Origin: Folioceros fuciformis
Lineage: Eukaryota
Direction of reading: 5' to 3'
Assembly: GCA_049999805.1 (NCBI GenBank)
Contig: JBNGIO010006231.1
Coordinates: forward strand, 160,413 to 188,450
Length of the DNA stretch: 28,038 nt
A program made the position numbers and the translations under genes. Below are positions 24,324 through 28,038 of this stretch, in pieces. Numbering within the stretch: the stretch's first letter is position 1; every line of letters begins with the position of its first letter. The notes below the pieces were generated by a model. That model made no database searches. It had not been told where the DNA came from and saw only the letters and a program-made list of their open reading frames with translations.

Positions 24324-25434
24324 CCAGTTCAATGGGCTGGCAGAAGCGTGTGGTAGACTCCTGCCGCGGGCCGCTGTCACTCGCTGGTGTGAAAATGATC
24401 CTTCTCGGCCCCACATGGGGTACACACATGGGATGGATCATGGCCCTTTGATGCGTGTCTCCAGGCTCGCGCCTCGCGCCGGCTGCCGCTCTCCCAAGAC
24501 ATCTCTCCTGCTCCCTCCTCCCCCCCCTCATCAGTCAAAGCTAACGCCTTGGGCTTGGACATCGCACCCGCCACAGCCAACAGAAAGCTCCGTCTCGTCT
24601 CTCGCCTGGCATCGTCTCGTCTCGTGCCGACTCCACGAATTAGGGTATGCCACGCGAATTAGGGCTTGCTTGCCTCCTTCCATCTTGCTTTGCTGTGCTT
24701 TGCTTTCCCTTGCTTCGATTGCTTGCTTGTTTCCCTGTTCCCTTCGCTGCTTTTGTTCTTCCTTCCTTGGTCCCACTTGTCTCTCTCTCAAGCCGCATTC
24801 GCCAGCTCATGGCGGCACGCAGCTGCCTAACTCCGTAACGCACCACCCGGGTCCCGGCAACGTCAGCGGCAGCCCGCATCCTGCAGGCTGCAGGTTGCAG
24901 CTAACCTAATCCCGGAACACCACACGGACGGGCGCTGTTGACATCCGTCAAAAAGCAAACACCGGTCCGTCCGTTCTTCCTTCGCTCGTCCGTGGGGCCG
25001 TGCCTTGTCCCTTTCCTCCTCCTCCTCCTCCAAAGGGCCATGCCTTGCCGTGCAGATGGGCCTGCCAGACTCTCCACTTTCCACTTCCCGCCCGCGAAGG
25101 TGGAGCCCTGTCATCAGATCATCACCCGCGCTGCCCAGTGCCCAGCCTCAGCCTCAGCCTTAGCCTTCGCCTTCGGACAAACATTCCTGCCCTCCATTTT
25201 TTTAACCACATTCTCGCGCATTTATCTCCCTCCTCCACCCACATTTGGTCTCCCTAGTAAGCAACATACCCATTGTCCCGCCTATTGCCCGCTAATCATT
25301 TTCTACATCATCGATCCCTAGATGCTGTGGGTTGTTTTGTTTGTCGCCCCCACTCCACCAACCCAACTCCACATGTGCATACATATATCAAAGTCCTGTA
25401 GCTGGCTCTAAGTTTCCTCCTTGCCTTCAATCCT

Positions 25435-25585
25435 TGGTATCTTTGCACAGCTAGCTGTGATCCAAGTTGCTGGTATCTTTGCATGAGATCCAAGTTGCTG
25501 GAACACCTACATCAGAAGTTATTGTTCCTCGATAGATGAAAGAGCAACTTGCAGGTAGTGTCGAGGAAGAGCAACTTGCAGGTAG
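25435..25585. repeat. Compound direct/inverted repeat module
   Basis: TGGTATCTTTGCA x2 (25435, 25471), GATCCAAGTTGCTGG x2 (25459, 25487) and AAGAGCAACTTGCAGGTAG x2 (25540, 25567). CAAGTTGCT and AGCAACTTG are reverse complements. Confidence 0.8.
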
Positions 25586-27496
25586 AGACACAAACAGAAA
25601 GCTGGTGACGCGTGGGTGGATGGTATTCAATATCCATAACTGAGATCGTACACTTCACGTGAACTTGTAAGAAAAGAGTTACTAGACTCATACTGCACGT
25701 CTCTATCTCTTTTATGAAGTAGTTGAATGAGCTATCAATCTAGGTACAAATGATATAGTGACACCTTCCTTCTCTAAAGAGTGGAAAAAGTAAGCAGAAG
25801 GAAGCTAAGATGGAAGGAAGGGAAGGAAAGATGGAAGGAAGGGCAGTGAAGGGAAGGAGTGGTAGGAAGAGTGGTGACTTGTAAGACATGTATAGAGAAG
25901 ATACATACACAGAGAAGAGGCAAGTTGGACGCCACACTCTATGTAGAAAAGGTTAGATGTGATAGGAAAGCTTTTTAATGAGAGAAAGGGGGGGGCGGAA
26001 ACTAGAGAGTGGGCGGCGGTGGGCGTTTTGCATGGTGGAAAGTGGGCATGTACTTGGCATCTACCACAATGTGACCTGCAGTTATGTAAGCGTACTTGCG
26101 TCACAGTCCGTCCGGTGGCAGCGGGGAAGGACGCGTGCCCAATACCCTACTTTACAGGCCTCGGATTCCGGAGTGGGAAGTCCTGAGGAGGGAGGAAGGA
26201 GGAAGGAGGGTGGAACTGTGGCGCCTTCCTTGGAGGAGGAGAATAAACCCAAGGTTTTGTAGTGTGCGGGCTCTGATAGGCTATAAACACGATAAGGCGG
26301 CTGTGGCACACAAGACGTGCCGCATGATTTTCTCCTCCTTCCCTTTTGCCCTGCTCCAGGCTTGCGGGCGGCCTTGCTTGCCTCTGTCGTGTTGTTCCGG
26401 TGCCGACTCGGAGGGGGAAGCCAAGCTCCATGACAGCTGTAGCCTGGCCAGTTGTGCACGAGCATTTCAGTTGCTCCCCCAACTTGAATATGCCTTTCTT
26501 TATTCACGTGTAAGCATGCCTATTGCGTGCCACTCACTGCCATCTTCCCTACAATCTCGCCTCCATGGCATGCCCATCGTATATACATACTAGGCAAAGG
26601 ATTAATCGGAGGGAAGAGGGAATGCGGGAGGGAGCGAGGCCCGGCCCGACGGAGGAGGCGAAAACAAACAACAAAAAAAAGAAAACGAGGTGCAGCGCAG
26701 TGCAGTGCAGTGCTGTGCGGCGCCTGGGTGCCTGCCTTAAGAAGAAACAGGGTACAGTACGACGGGGGGCACTTATTACTTGCAGCTTCGGCGACAGAGG
26801 AGAGGATCGCATCGAAGCCTCTAAGGGACTGCAACTGCAGCAGCTGCAGGCACTGCAACCAAAGGAAAAGTGAAGCCAGCCTATGAGTGCCCCAGGCCAG
26901 AAGCGCGCAGGCAAAGGTTGTCATTAGACAAGAATAGAGAGGACAAGCACGAGAAAGCCAGGCTACAGGCCACGCCCTCTGGACGACGCTCTAGAAGCTT
27001 TGTGAGTGCAAAAGCAGTGTGGCCTGGCCTGCAGCGCAGGGGGGCCACTGACCCTGCAAGTACACACCACGCCTAAAGGCAATAAGAAAACGGCTGCAAG
27101 ACGACACAATCCGTTCGTCCACCAGCTGCCCTCACCTCTCATCACCATCGCTCAAATTCGTCTCTCTACATCATCGTCTCTTGATAATCACCTATCCTGA
27201 CAAAAGAGTTCTTAAAGACTGGGTCGCTCTTACGCTGCAAAGTAAAAATCCAAGTTCCAGCTGATGCTGATGCTCCCGCTGCTCCTCCTGCTGCCGGCTG
27301 ATGCTGCTGTAAACATTTCTGTAGGGGCCCCATGGCAGGGCCCCCACGGGCCGGCCAGTGGCTAGTGCCACGCCAGACCAAACCCTTCACCACACCGGAC
27401 ACTGGTTTGTTTGATTCCATTCAATTCCATTCCTTGACACAAGGCTGTCCGACTCCGCTACCTACAACCCCAGGCCCATGCTGCTCACCCTCCGCT

Positions 27497-27541
27497 TATC
27501 ATCTATCTAGCTAGCTATCTATCTATCTAGCCCAGCTATCT
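27497..27541. repeat. (ATCT)n/(AGCT)n microsatellite
   Basis: tatcatctatctagctagctatctatctatctagcccagctatct. Confidence 0.75.
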
Positions 27542-28038
27542 GCCAAAATCTCACGCAAGTACACCAAAATCTGCATCGAAATCCGGCCATCGCACTTGCC
27601 CAGCTCTGCACCTGCAGTCCGGCCGGTGGCCCGGCAGCTGGCCTGGGCCATGGCCAGGCCCAGGCCCAGACCCTGGTCCAGGTCCTGGACCAGAACCCGA
27701 ACCCGGACCTCCACCTCGCTTCACAGCGGGGATGGTAACAACCTACAGGGACGGACGGACTGGGAGGTGGTGGCGGTGGTGTCTTCCCTCTCGCTCTCGC
27801 TCTCGCTCGCGCTCTCGACCTCGCCTACACCTGCACCTGGGCCGCCCCACCACCGCAATAAAAATGATGCGCCTGGCTGTGCGTCCAACCGCTGGATCTG
27901 GCTGGGCTGTGCTGTGCTGTGCTGCCACCCGCGCGCTGTGGGCTGTAGAATCGGGAATGGTCGGTGCGATAAAAGTATGCATTCCCCCCCTGGTCCTGGT
28001 CCCGGTCCCGGGCCATAGGAATGGGGCCGCCATCGGCA

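Noticed and set aside
25872..25890. TGACTTGTAAGAC similar to tasiARF of TAS3
   Set aside because: No flanking miR390 sites found on either strand.
26535..26630. miR408-like sequence CACTGCCATCTTCCCT with a downstream AGGGAAGAGG
   Set aside because: One-base insertion and mismatched ends versus miR408; only about 8-10 bp pair, so no credible pre-miRNA, and no plantacyanin or laccase ORF.
27673..27693. Perfect palindrome CTGGTCCAGG-T-CCTGGACCAG
   Set aside because: Embedded in a hexamer microsatellite that readily generates such symmetry; partial miR166 similarity is only about 9 nt.
19789..28033. Numerous overlapping 60-220 aa ORFs on both strands
   Set aside because: Low-complexity, microsatellite-derived translations with no domain motifs or consistent exon chains; expected in GC-rich DNA.

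Overview
Compact, intron-dense land-plant nuclear DNA. Introns are mostly 70-130 nt and genes are tightly packed; a bryophyte such as a hornwort is my inference, not something the sequence proves. Manual splicing gives five protein-coding genes. They are an NADP-malic enzyme (minus, about 20 exons) head-to-head with a plastid-targeted group-3 LEA-like gene (plus, 3 exons), an M1 aminopeptidase N / MPA1-type gene (minus, at least 31 exons), an SFT1/Bet1-like Qc-SNARE (minus, 4 exons, missed by the ORF track), and EME1 (plus, 9 exons). An AT-rich transposon-derived block at about 5.7-7.7 kb holds a ~460-bp fold-back element and 118-, 55- and 28-bp tandem repeats. The last ~8.4 kb has no recognisable coding gene and is GC- and microsatellite-rich. 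I found no clear-cut novel system. The best leads are a PIP-degron-like motif plus two SIM-like motifs in the EME1 N-terminus, two GC-AG introns (one with a competing frameshifting GT), a 13-bp duplicated splice acceptor next to the aminopeptidase zinc-ligand exon, a 12-nt microexon, and a possible acylated N-terminus (MGNRCS) for the malic enzyme.
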